Shown: in pieces, positions 1 to 14,339 of the stretch
Layout of the letters: each line of letters opens with the position of its first letter
How positions within the stretch are numbered: position 1 is the first letter of the stretch
Assembly (NCBI RefSeq): GCF_009914755.1
Contig: NC_060925.1
Strand: one strand, 5' to 3'
Length of the DNA: 64,000 nucleotides
Origin: the human T2T-CHM13v2.0 reference genome, Homo sapiens
Translations under genes and position numbers: made by a program
Notes under the pieces: generated by a model
What the model was told of the DNA's origin: nothing
What the model saw: only the letters and a program-made list of their open reading frames with translations
Databases searched by the model: none

Positions 1-1902
1 ATGCATGCAGGTACTTGTGAGGACAGTTCCTAAAGGTGTCCACTGGGGTAAAAGTTGCCCTCTATGGTCTCTCTATGGATTCTCCAGCACCCCTGGTCCA
101 TCCTCTTCTTCAACTCACGTTGCTGGAAACCTGGGAATGATAATACAGCAAGTTCAAATTCCCATGAGAAAATAATATGTTTCCTGAGGAGGCCACCATT
201 AAGCCATGAAATGCAACCTTTAGTCAAGTACAAGTCTTTTGGTGTAAGTTTTTGTTTTCTTTATTTATAATTAGTATGAACCATGTTTAAAATGATTGGG
301 AAGGAAACAGGTTAAAATGTCATATGGGATTGAAAGACCATCTCCCCTTTCTTAGCTGCTTTTAACAGCAGTATTTTAATTTTAATGGTTTCCTTGTTAG
401 ATTAGAGCTCTAATTCATTTAGAAAAATGTATATAGTCAAAGTATATGATGAAGAATCACCAATGTGCATTTTTTTCTCTGTTGGCTATGGGAACCTAAA
501 CCAGAACTATTGAAGTTAGGGTAGCCCAGCTTTACATAGCATGTGATCCACCAGGTGAAGACCAGGGAACAAATATTTAGGTAAGCAACTTTCTCACCTA
601 ACATGCTAGAAATATTTCAGATATTCATAAATTTCACCTCCCCATCCCTACCTTTCAATTGTTCTCAGTTTGGAATTTCCAACACCTACTGAAAAGATTA
701 CTTCAAATTTTCTACTAAATAGGCCCTTCCCTTGCCTCTATTGTATTCCTTTGAATTTTATTTTATCTGCACTATGTCTTCAGGAAACCATTTGGATTTT
801 GTCTATTGAAGTCACTCTTTTCTGTTTGTCAGGATTTATATAGGTTTTTAGGGGTTTTTTTTAGGGGAAGTAATGTGATACATGTTGGAAAGGGTAGTTT
901 TATGTTTTCTCTGTGTTCACATGTTGATATGACCACTGCTGGACCACTCAATAAAAAATGAGAATCATTATTATCTTTTCTAGGTTTAAAGCCTTTAAGA
1001 AGTTTATATGATCTAGGGTTTGGTCATTTTATTGGATTCGTTAAAGAAGAAAATTAAAACATGAGATAAAATCACTATCTTCATTTCAAAATTTTACTGT
1101 ATTTTTTAAAGATAATTATAATAATTGTGCATAAATAATTATAGAAAATGAAATTAAGGCAATGTTAGTAAATATGGAAAGAAGAGGAAAGTTTTTAAAT
1201 TTATTAGTCAAAAAGCTAAATGAATCATCTGTGTTTTTGACACTACCATTTAGTGAATACACCAAATATTTTTTACTGTAAATAAAGAAAGTGAAGATGT
1301 TTAACCTTGGAAAAGGCAAACAATAACTAAAATTGATATTTGTGGAAACCAAAGTATATTACTGTAAATAGTATCTTATCTTGTAGTTTTCTTTTAAACA
1401 TGTGTGGCAGTACTAATAATCTAATCTTACTAAACATGTAATTATTCTAATGAATAGGTAACTACATAACTAAAAATAAAGATATAACTTAATTAAATGT
1501 TGTTTGGGCTTTTTCTTAGATCTCTATTTCTGGAAAACCCCAATGAGGTAATCCATGACTCATAATTAAACAAAAAAACTTTTCTAAGATGTGTTACCTA
1601 AATAGACACATACTACCACAGAGCACATTGTCAGCTTCTGAAGCTCAAGCTCTGTAGTTCTAACCCTCTAAAGTGGCAAACAAATTTTCTTTAACCACAG
1701 CATTTCAGAAGAAAGAAACTACAGTTATTCAGCCACATAATAAGGTTCCTCATGATATGCACAGCAACTTTTATAACGATGACACAGAGAGTATAAATAT
1801 TTTTCTAGGTATAGGGAAAATAATTAGGATGACAGAAATTTCAGTGTGACAAAGCACTAGGTATAGAGTAATCTCATGTTCTAATATGTTAGACAAACAT
1901 TA

Positions 1903-3195
<1,293 letters not shown>

Positions 3196-3260
3196 ATTTC
3201 TAGTAGAGCTACCTGTAAATGGAGAGGGCATAGTCCAGCACATGAGAGGGTAGAGAAAAA

Positions 3261-3508
3261 AATAAATAAGATGTACAGCTAAACATCTTTGAGAAGTAAG
3301 AAGAACTACCTTGAAGGTTTCATTTTTTTTCCTGACTTTAAACTCATGTACATATTGTCCAATGTTTGATTTTTTTCATATCAAACATTTTTTTTTGTAT
3401 CAAACATTGGACAATATGTACACTAGTTTAAAGTCAGAAAAAAAAATGAAACCTTCAAGGTAGTTCTTCTTATTCCTCAAAGTTGCTTAGCTGTACATCT
3501 TATTTATT
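3261..3508. repeat. Long inverted repeat (hairpin), about 110-bp arms, 28-bp spacer
   Basis: 3261-3370 is the reverse complement of 3399-3508 with about 7 mismatches. Confidence 0.95.
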
Positions 3509-4694
3509 GGCACAACTGCAGAAATAGGGGTCTCCAAATGTTTTAATAATAAAAAAACTAGTTAAAATTATTTTTATTTTAGCTTAATCTCTAATATAGG
3601 TATTTGCATTTATAAGTTATACACATTTACTATATTAAGGCATAATAACACAAAATTATATATCTGTATCTCATATAATAAATTTTAAAATTAAAAAGTA
3701 TGAATACGAATAAACATAACAGAAGTTATATTATGCTCTTTCCCTACCCGACTGGGCCATTGTGCACATGCTCTTTGAAAATCTCTGTTCTAACGTGTTA
3801 CAATGTAAACCTGAAGTTGACATTGAAATCCTGTCTATTGTTACCTATATGTCTTTTGGAAAATTACTTAATACCTCAGAGTATCAGGTAATCATTTGCA
3901 AAATGGGATTAAAAATAGTACCTATCTAACAAGGATGCTGTAGGATTTAGTAAATACTTGCAGAAAGATTTGGACAGTGTTTAATAGGCAACTTCTGGAA
4001 AGAGTGATACAATCTACCTCTCTGCATTTCTTGTTCTCCTTTAACACTGCTGTGTGCTTCCTCCCGAGCATTATGCTGATACTATACTGATCACGTTCAT
4101 CAATGCCCTGCTAATTACTAATGGAAACTATCCAGTCATCTCTGGCACTCGACACTTTTCATTACTCCTGCTTGAGACTTTGTTCCTCTGTTTCCACGAT
4201 TCCATTCTCAAGGGACGTGACGCCCAGATAGCTTTAAAGGCAGTTCTAGCTTTGACTTTTGCTTCTGTTTTATTTATTTTATTTATATTTTCTTTCTTAT
4301 TCTGCCTCTTCTCTCTTATATTAGCTTGTGTTGTCTTTCTTAAATTCTTTCCCAAGAGTCTATTTTCCCCAGGTTCCTATCATCCACTTCAACCTCTTAT
4401 AGTTTTATACACTCCCTTAGTGATCTCATCCGCTTACAGGATTTAAACTATTAATACTTCTAAATGTTTTTCTCTAACCAATCTCTCTTTCATAAGCTTC
4501 ACACCAACTATCTGACTCTTAACTCTCTGTAGCTTCACCTGCTAACATTCTCCGACTCCTCTCTCCCCTGCAATCCCATTGTTCATGTTGCTTTCTAAAA
4601 TCACAGTTCTCTCCTGTTTGTGCTACTTCCTCTGACTTTAAAGTAACATATCTCTCCCTCCTCTGCCCCCTCTCCTCACACAAAAGCAATATAT

Positions 4695-5155
4695 ACTGCT
4701 GGTTAAAAGTCTAGATGCCAGAAAAAAAATTGCTAGCATTTAAATTCTCTTTATGGCTTACCAGCTCTGTGACTTAACATGAAGTTACTTAGCTTCTCTA
4801 TGCCTTTAATATCTCATTTGTAAAACTGAGAAAATATTAATACTGGTTAATGAAGTCCTGAGAATAACTAAACATTTTATAATAACAATAGAATTGTACA
4901 GTATAGTATACGGTATTATTACGTCACTAATGCTGGCACTATTCCAAGCACATTGTATATATTTTTCACCTCATGCTCTTAATGCTCTAATGAGGTGAAA
5001 TGATTATCCCCATTTTACAGAGGAGAAAACTTAGGCACAGACAGGTTAAGTTCTTTGTCCAGAAATTCTCGGCTAATGCAGGGCAAAGTCAGAATTTAAA
5101 TCTATGCACTGTATCTCTAGAGACACATTCTAACCTACATACAGTTGACTGCCTC
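4695..5155. mobile_element. Two MIR fragments in opposite orientations
   Basis: MIR core-like TCTCATTTGTAAAACTGAG near 4815 and CCCCATTTTACAGAGGAGAAAACTTAGGCACAG near 5010; boundaries approximate. Confidence 0.6.
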
Positions 5156-5756
5156 TACCAATACATGTAAATGTATTTTAAAACCTTAGTGTTAGGAATA
5201 TAGGAAACACTTGGAAGTGTTGAATGCCATTATGCTTTATTGAAGCGTTTGTCAGGATCCATCATCAACTTACTTGTTTTACCTTCTCTAGACTATAGGT
5301 TTCTCCTTCAGGACAGTGAATGTCTTTTATCCCTCATAGTGACTACAACAGGGTTAATATGTAGAGACGGTAGGTATCAAATAAATTAACTTGGAACTCA
5401 GCCACTTGGTACAATTATAACTAAGTGCACAAGACAGCCATGAGTAAGTGAACAAAGAAAATTGGGGACTGTTTGAAAAGGGAACTATGACAATTCAGTT
5501 CTAATGAGAGCCTCAATCAAGTCTTGACTAGATGATCTCTCAGAAAATGGCATTATAAATGTGGCATGCTGTTTCATATATACCCATGCCCAGAACCACA
5601 CTGAACAGAGCTTCCTCCTGTAAATACCTTTGCCTTCCACCCTTATTCAAAGTTCTAAATTCTTTAATAATCAGGTCTTCAGGTTATGAGATGATGATGA
5701 TGATGATGATTATGCATGGTGAATGAATTCGGTCTCTTTATGACTTAGTCATCTAC

Positions 5757-5975
5757 ACTCACCTTTGCCAAAAACACAGGGACTCCTCAGTCTGCCTGGG
5801 TCACTGCATCCTTAATATTACTTCAGCCTTTTCAAAAAGGGATTTATAGTCTCTCCATAGGGCATCCAGGGAATAACAGGAAAGGGAACTGGGCTCTGTG
5901 GAGGATTCTTCCCCTCCACTGCACTGAAGTGAATCACCTTCTCTCATGGGGTTAATTAACAGAAAGTTTCCCCTC
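5757..5975 (-). promoter_or_regulatory. Putative OR6K3 promoter and non-coding first exon
   Basis: Minus-strand donor AAG|GTGAGT (GT at 5761-5762), TATAAA at 5843-5848 (minus), O/E-like TCTCATGGGG abutting homeodomain site TAATTA at 5953-5958. Confidence 0.7.
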
Positions 5976-8300
5976 TTACTCTCCTTTTGTTAGATTTTCA
6001 GATCGAAGTTGTCAATAAATATATATATTTTTCCTGATTGTACTCATCTTCCCAAATTTGTAAGCTTCCTTCTCTAGCACTTTCATGATTGTCTCAGCTG
6101 TTCTTGAGTGTACCAGTGTACTATGCAAAGGGTAGTTTTGACATGATCCTGGCCTTCTTATATGAACACACAGATTTGGAAAGCCTGGAAGGAATATACT
6201 GACACCAGAAGATCATCTTGAAAAGCTATTTTACAGAAAATAAGGCCATTTCATAATAAACATGGCACTGGGGATTTAGTGCCAATACTGAAGAAAGTGA
6301 GGAAACCATGTCTTTTTTTGTTTTTCTCATGTCGTGAGTGTGTATGGGTCTTTCCTACCTTGAACAACTCACACTGGTTCTGCTGACTTCTTTATTGAAG
6401 ATCAATATCTCATCTTTTCTACAAGAGTATTATTTATATCTGTGCTTCATCCACTGATCTGTTGAAATTGCAAAGTTCTCATTTTTTTCAAAGTTAATTA
6501 CTTTTATCATGTCATCTTCTTCTGGAAATATGTATCAAGTTCTCAAATAGGAAGACGTGCTTTCTGAGTTTTGTCTAACTTTTCTTCTTACGATTTGGGA
6601 GCCTATTTTGGTTGTCTAACTTGTAGGTTTTTTTTAATTCAAAAATGTCAACAGGCCACATTGTATTTCCAATGATTTTGTATAATATAAAACAGTCTGT
6701 TTTGATCCCATGACTCAAGTATTCTCAAGCTCAGAAATATTTTCCTTTAATTTTACTTATTATTTTCCTCTGTTTTGTTTTTTTTCTAGAATTTTCATAA
6801 TCATATTTTGCTCTGTAATATCTATTAATACATTCTCCATATATAACTTTTTCTCTTTGCATGTAATATTTGGCTCTTCATGTGGCTTCTCTAAATTCTG
6901 GGACATATCTTCCAGGCAATCTTACAAAACATTAATTTAATTTCCTGTAGTATTTAATATATTCTTCAATATCTCCATTGTATATTAAATTTTGTATTTT
7001 TTATTTCTCAACTTTTTTTCTGATATCTTCACAAATCTCATCAAAATTTTAAATAGGAAACATTTTAATGATTTGTGTCTTAGAGTTAGTCTATGTAATG
7101 AAAGAGCATTTACTTTCAATTCCCTAACCTCTCTGTCTCTCTCAGTCTCTCTCTCTCTCTTTAACTGTAGTAATCCAACTACTTATTGGGCTATGCATTT
7201 GACAAAGTTAATGATTTTAATACAAACGGTGTATGGCAAAACTAAAATCATTGTTTTAAAGAAGGCAATCTGTGTTTGTCTGTGTGTGTGAGAGAGAAGG
7301 AGAGAATATATTTGGATACAAAAAATAAGAATATTAAATATCTAAATATGCACAGCAAATATGGAAATATCTGCCACGAAGTTCAGTATTAGTTATAGAT
7401 TATTGCTTTGTGCTAAAAAGTTGTGCTTTTTTGTTTTGTTTTAGTAGCCTCAGTTTACCTGGATAGTTCCTCACTTCTCTGGCTTGTAAATTTAAGATTT
7501 ACTTTTCATGTCCTTCTCTGAACACAGCTCAGTGGATAACTCCATTGTGACTGGGAAATTTCATACATTCTTTGGCTCCATTCTCTCTATCCAGATTTCC
7601 CAAGTAGAGCATCGTTCTCAATTTCTGTTTTTCCAAGCTTTAATTATTTTTTCCATCGGTTGTATGTGGAATTTCATCCAGTTAATTTCTAGGCTCTCCT
7701 CTTCTGTTTTCTTGTCCAACACCGGGCAGATAAGTATTTCCCTCAGTCGGATCTCATGTACTCATACCTGAGGAAGTGTTTTAACTTTGGAGGTCAATTG
7801 TGGGAACTCTTTTCCCCAGGATATATAATGCTTTGGTTTAACTTAATTTTGATTTTTGTTTTTTGCTGTTAAATTTTCAATATATATTTTTGTTCATTCC
7901 TGGACTATCCAATAAACAGAATCAACTGGTGCTTTTGATATAAACAGAAATTATTTTCTTTTCTAGAAAAAAGAAAGTGGTATATAATATTTCAGAGTAC
8001 TGACATAGCTATCATGAAGGTTTTTAGGTAAACTTATAGATATTTTAATGTTCATTACTATATCTTTACACTTTTCAGTTCTTAGGTCATCTAACAGTTC
8101 ATCTAGTCCTGACTCTTTTATTTCTATTGAGTTTTTTGTGGAAGAAAATTTAAATATGTGTGTTTAAACTGTTATCTTAATACACAAATCTAAACTTGAA
8201 TTTTAGAAAATTAATTTCTAGTGGCAATGCATAGACATTTTAAAGGCAGCAAAAGTGAAAACAAGAGTAATGTAGTTCAAATGATATATATTTCTATTAC

Positions 8301-8307
8301 CTATCTG

Positions 8308-8341
<34 letters not shown>
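8301..8341. repeat. (TCTA)n tetranucleotide microsatellite
   Basis: About 10 tandem units, one interrupted. Confidence 0.9.
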
Positions 8342-9196
8342 ACTTTGGAATGTGCTGGAGACTACTTTTAACCAAATAATTTTATTCAACCAAATTGGAT
8401 GAATTCAACCAAAGCAGTCTAAGTAAATGAAGTTTGAATTCAACTTGGCTCCAGATAAATAATAACAACAAATATACTATAAATAATAATCATAGCTAAG
8501 TATTCCTAAGCATGAGTTTTTGTTTTTAATATATCACTCTTTATTAAAGCATTCTCTAAAACATCAATAACAAAAGATAGTAATTAGTTGCAAATGATAT
8601 TAACAGATAACACTTATTTTGCACAAGCTCTGTGTTTTGCACATTCTCTGCACTTGCATGGAGTAAGTCATTTAATATTCATATTAGCATTTGAAGTCCT
8701 ACTTTTAAAATATATTACTTTTATACCAATAGATGATAAAACTAAGATGCAGACAAGTTAATTATCAACTTGTTCAAAGTCACAAAGCAATATGTGGCAT
8801 CACTGAAATACAAACCTTAACCTCTTCTGCAGATCTGATTCTTTTAACTACTGTGGTTCGTAATTCATAGTTGTTATTAATGCTTATGTAATGTAATAAG
8901 CATTTACTTAAAATGTTTATATACAAATAATAAATTAATGTTCATAAAACATATTAATTATGTTTAATGGCTTAAACATCATATTTCCTTTCTATATTTT
9001 ACCCACCTGTATAAGTCTAGACAGGTAGTCCATGCTATCTTAATTTGGCATGTGTAAGCAGGATATACATGTACATGGGAAGAACCAGTATAAAGAGACA
9101 CAAAATATCCATGTGACAATGAATGAATTATATGTTAATTATATGGTTTATTGTGTTAGAGTAACATCCACAGTGAAAGGTGCCTATGAGCTAGCA

Positions 9197-10151
9197 TTAA
9201 TCTACAGATAAATTAACCATCTTCTGAGGGCAGAAAAGCTTTTTAATTGCAATCTTCATGTCCTTATTTCTAAAGCTATAGATGATAGGGTTGAAAAAGG
9301 GAGCAAGAACTGCAAACATCAGTGCAACAGCTGTGTCCAAAATCGGTGGGAAAGTGGCAGAGAAACGCAGGTACATGAGGGATACACTGCCATAGAACAT
9401 CAGAAAGACACTAAGATGGGCGGCACAGGTAGAAAAGGCCTTCTGGCGGCCTTCAACAGAGGGAATCCTCAGGATTACAGTGATGATTCTGATATAAGAA
9501 AGGGCAATAATCAGGACAGAGAATACAATGGCCACAGCATGGATCACATCCTCAATCAGAATCATGGACGTGTCTGTACAGGCCAAGCGCAGCACAGGTT
9601 CAAAATCACAGAAGATCTGGTGGATTTGGTTGGGTCCACAGAAGGGCAGTGTGGAAATCCATGCAATCTCTGGGAGCAACACAAGAAAGCCAAAGATGCA
9701 GGACCCCACAGAGAGCTGAACACAGAGCCCGGGGGTCATGATGGTTGGGTAGCGGAGAGGGTTACAGATGGCAACGTACCTATCAATGGCCATGGTGGTC
9801 AACAAAATCCCCTCTGAATTTCCCAGTGAATGGAAGAAGTACATCTGCAAGAGGCAGCCAACCATGGAGATGGTCCTCTGCCTGCTGATGAGGATGGAGA
9901 GCATCTTGGGAATTGTGGCAGTTGTGTACCAGATCTCCAGAAATGAGAAAATGCTGATAAAATTATACATGGGGTTGTGGAGACGGGTATCCACCCTGAC
10001 TGCAAAAAATACAATAAGATTCCCAATGACAATGAATATGTAGATAACAAACAATGGAATGAAGAAGAGGAGGCTACCATCTTCAAACTGTGGGAATCCA
10101 GAGAAGAGAAACTCTGTTACTTACTGTAGCAGTTTGGTTAATACTCACCAT
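9197..10151 (-). pseudogene. OR6K4P: Olfactory receptor 6K pseudogene with a single 4-bp frameshift
   Basis: ATG at 10151 (MVSINQTATV); duplicated TTAC at 10117-10124 shifts the frame to a stop after 22 aa; the remainder to 9197 is an open OR frame with all motifs intact. Confidence 0.9.
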
Positions 10152-11707
10152 GGTCTCAGCAACCTTAACAGCTATGGATAGAAAGACACAGCTCATTTCC
10201 TAGAAGAAATTGACAAAGTCAGATGTGTTAGCTTATATAAAAGTCAAATGAAAAATATGCTTTAGGTGGATCATGTACTTCTCTTTATTTATGAATTAAA
10301 CAGATATTCATTTAGTGCCTACTATGTACCAAACACAGCTGTGGGTTTGTTGAATTCAGCAGTAAGGAAAATAATCTCTACATTCATGAAGCTTACATTC
10401 AAAAGAAGGATACCAACAATAAGAAAATAAGATATTAAGAATGTCATATTTATAAACTATATAAACTAAAGTAAATGTATAAAGGTGTTAATAATCTTTT
10501 ATAATAATTCCCCAAATTGTTTTGAATCATATACCATATAAATTTTCTAATGGTTCTTAGATGCAGATTAGACAAAACTTTTAGTTGTCTTTCTCTCTAT
10601 ATAATTATTGTAAAGTTGTATTCTCCATTTTCCTGAATATTTTTAGTTTTTAGTATTCTGCTCCTTTATCGCACCACAGAGTGACACTGAGTGTGGCTAG
10701 AAAAGAGAGTAAAGTTTTCAGGCACAAATATGAAGGTAAAGCCTTGGTAGGAAATTCTATTCTCAGCAGCAGAAAATAATTAAGCCACCAGAAATTGACC
10801 AGAACAGAAAGAAGGGATCAGTGAGAAATTCGGCAGTGGAAGATTTGGTATCCTGTCAGTCATGTTAAGCGTCTGTCCATGACAAATACTGAAAAGAAGC
10901 AGAGGTTTTTTATAAATATCTAAGTCACGGGATTCAGATTGTTTATATCCTGACAAAGACCATCACCATAAGAAGGCAAAGGCCAAAATGTGGTATTCCA
11001 GCACAATTTAGGTCTCTTGATACCATGTCCCTCAAAAGTGGCATAAAATATAAAGATGCTATCCCTAAAAGTAGTGCAAGAAACTCATCAGCTGCACCCA
11101 GGGCTTATTGTCCAGGCCATTCAGAAGCTAGCCTAACAGATGGATCGAAAATTAGTTAAGGAGAGAGATTTAGAACACAAAGGAAGTTTGAAAGATAATA
11201 TCTCCTTTGGGGTAAAAATGAATGTCTGAGGACAAGAACATTTGCTTATGCTGTACACCAGCATTTCTCCATGAAGAGAGCAAATATTTTTCCTGAGCTA
11301 ATACTATTTTTTAAATTATTTATAAATCATGAATTTAAAACTTCATGTTATTTTAATAAGAAATAATATTTGAAGTTTCAAATTAAAACAAGGCATTTGA
11401 AACATAGATCAAGGAAATAAAAACATTTGGTACATTTTGGTATTTGTCAGATATCTCATTACAGAACAAAATATACATCTTGAACACATTCTATCAAGAA
11501 AGTTTATATTAACGAAGTTTAACAAATACTACTTTGGCAGCTTCTGAAAAATCAAGTGCCTAGAGAGAATTAGGACATTTTTATTGTTTTTATGTATGCG
11601 CATCTGTCAGATTTTCACAAAGTAAGATTGTTGCAAACAAAAATATTACTGCTCTACAGATATTGTCATTGATTTATTTGTTGTTTATGGAACATCCGGC
11701 ACATGGA

Positions 11708-11767
11708 TATCTATCTATCTATGTATCTATCTATGTATCTATGTATCTATGTATCTATCTATCTATC

Positions 11768-11802
<35 letters not shown>

Positions 11803-11820
11803 TCTATCATCTATCTATCC
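11708..11820. repeat. Compound microsatellite (TATC/TATG)n-(CT)n-(TATC)n
   Basis: Directly visible tandem units. Confidence 0.9.
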
Positions 11821-13079
11821 CTTCCTGCTTCTCTTAACTGTTTCACTTTGGTAAATAATCTTTCAGAGTGAGCTTCAACTTTTCTCTTGTAGTGCCAGAC
11901 TACCAAAACACTCATGTTTAGTAGCTTTTTGATATTATGCAGTATATAAAACATGTTGCTAAAAATGTTTATGAGAAAGTTGATCAATCCAACAGTTAAT
12001 TCACATGTTTTTCCATATCCTTATTATTTTAAAGATATAATTCTGAATTTGTGAATCTGGATGCTGGATGCTAGAAAATTAGCAGGTTCCACTTACTCCA
12101 AACTGGTTATCATTGATGAATTGACTGAGAAAAACAAAGAAATTGATCTGAGGACCAAATAGAAACAGGCTTTTGCTACATTGTAAGGTAGCTTGCCAAT
12201 AAATAATAATTTGAGTATTGACAGTCACAGAGTTAGACCTTAAATCTGTTGATGCAGAATGGACACCAACAAGAAAAGTTCTTTTGACTTTCCTCTGAGG
12301 AAAGTACTAGCTAGAGAAGAGATATTAAACATAGGCAGAAAAGTGAAACAAAACAAGACAAAACAAAAATGTAAGCAAGCTAAACCAAAAATAAACAAAT
12401 CTTGATATCATTTGGAGCCCAGTTTAATTTAAACATTGACTAAGGAGGAAATAATTTACTTTTATTACTTTATGAGCAGAGAAAATCCATAACAAAGTAA
12501 AAAAATAAAAATCTCAAATCTAAAAAGCAAGTTTTGAAATAGAGTATATTCAAAGGCACAGCAGAATGAATTTTATACATTCTCTTAGTATGTAATTATC
12601 TTATACATATATATTTATCTTATTTTATTTTAAATTGATAGAATTACATGTATTCATCATGCACAAGATGTTTTGATGTATATTCCTCTTAATTATTTTA
12701 TACATTGGATTATATTATAGAAAAAAAGGAATATATATATATATATATTATGTATATATACACCTGATCTTATTTTAGTTTTAAGTTTAAAAGATGATTC
12801 TAAGAATAAACTATGCTTACTTTTCCTATTGAAAATGAGAGAATGCCTATAGATAACAGATAATGGCCTTAAATGCTAAAATACCATACAGGCAATTGAG
12901 TGGCTTACTTATAAAAACGAATTTTTTCAATTATAAGTTATTACTAGTTTATTTATTTACATTTATTATTTCCTATTGTGTGTCATTTTATAGTTTACTG
13001 GGCTTCGAGAATAAATAACCAAATAAAACATTAAAAATAAAGAAATGCTCTTACCACAATGAATTAAAATTAATAAAAA

Positions 13080-14330
13080 GTGGAGAATTTTGGAGGAGGA
13101 GGAGATTTGGAGTAAAGTGAAGAGATAGGTTTAGAGTGGCTGAACTTTGGAGTACCAATGGGATCTTAAAAGGAAGATATCCAGTAGGTCATCAAGTAGA
13201 CAGGTGTAAAGTTCAGAATGACGTCTGCATCAGTCATATGTATTTAGAAGTTACCCACATATAAGTTATATGTGACAACTCAATATGGAAAAGGTATCCA
13301 GGGAAAGTATATAAATAAAGTAGAAAGTAAAGTGACAGAAAATTGTGGCCTGGGAAAACACCAATGTCTAAGAGGAAATGGGGAAGAGGATCATGAAAAG
13401 CTAACTGGCAAAGGTGCACCAGAAAGGTAGAAAATTTAAGGGAGAAAGTAGTACATGACAGTTTCAAATCCTGAAGATTATTCAAGTAATGCAGAGGTTG
13501 AAATATAAGAATATTTTTAGATGAAGTGATTTGGGAATTGTTGCTAACTATATCCAAATAATTTTCAGTGAAATATGAGAGAGGAAGGCACATGAGAGTG
13601 GGTTAATTCATTTAAACAGGAACAATTTATTGAGAACATAATTTAGAGGCACTCCAGAGTAGAAACTGGACTAAAATAAGTTAGTATTTAAGAACATGGA
13701 ATTTGGTTATAGGCTGCATGGGTCTGAATCATGGCTCTAACACTTCTTATTACACTTGTGATTTTAGGGTAATTGTATAAACTATACTCTCAGTTTCCTC
13801 ATCTGTAAAATGGAGACAATAAAAACAGTACATTTGCATAGCTGCTGTAGAATTACATCAGTTTATATAGGCAGAATGCTTAGAACAGTGACTGGCACGT
13901 TATCTGAAGTATAGGTAGAAGGGAGACTGGCAAAAAGTTTGCAGCTACGAAGAGGTGTGTTTCAGAAAGAATAACAAGTATAAATATTTTTTAAAGCCAC
14001 AAAAATAGGCTGATGCATTCCAGAAATTAAACTTATTGCCTCTGGGCAGAACAGGGAGAGAGAGAGAGAGAGAGAGAGAGAGGGTGTCAGAGAGAATATG
14101 ATGATGATGCCGTAGATAAAGCTGGAGAAATCAGCAAAAAGCTTATCTTGAAGGAAGTAGTAAGTTTTGTCTTGACAGAATGAGACTTTACCCTGCCAGA
14201 AATAAGGAAACCACTGAATAATCTTAAACAGAGAATTAAATTTATTTGACAAAACTTTAGATTTTGAAAAGTGAGTCTGGTTGCATTATGTATAATGGAT
14301 TAGAGCAGAGATGACTTGAGGTAGAAAAAC
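13080..14330. mobile_element. Degraded L2 fragments interrupted by a MIR (about 13690-13900) and (GA)n at 14057-14082
   Basis: Purine-rich L2-like tracts; MIR core CTCAGTTTCCTCATCTGTAAAATGG near 13790; boundaries approximate. Confidence 0.5.
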
Positions 14331-14339
14331 AAGGTTAGT

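Noticed and set aside
30-250. O/E-like sites (TTCCCATGAGA, TTCCTGAGGA) at the window start
   Set aside because: No adjacent composite homeodomain site and no linked gene inside the window; insufficient support
4054-4446. 130-aa hydrophobic ORF
   Set aside because: GTG start, T-rich low-complexity sequence, no motif; likely degraded repeat
9197-10054. 285-aa ORF as an intact OR gene
   Set aside because: Starts at TTG within TM1; the true ATG is out of frame because of the 4-bp duplication
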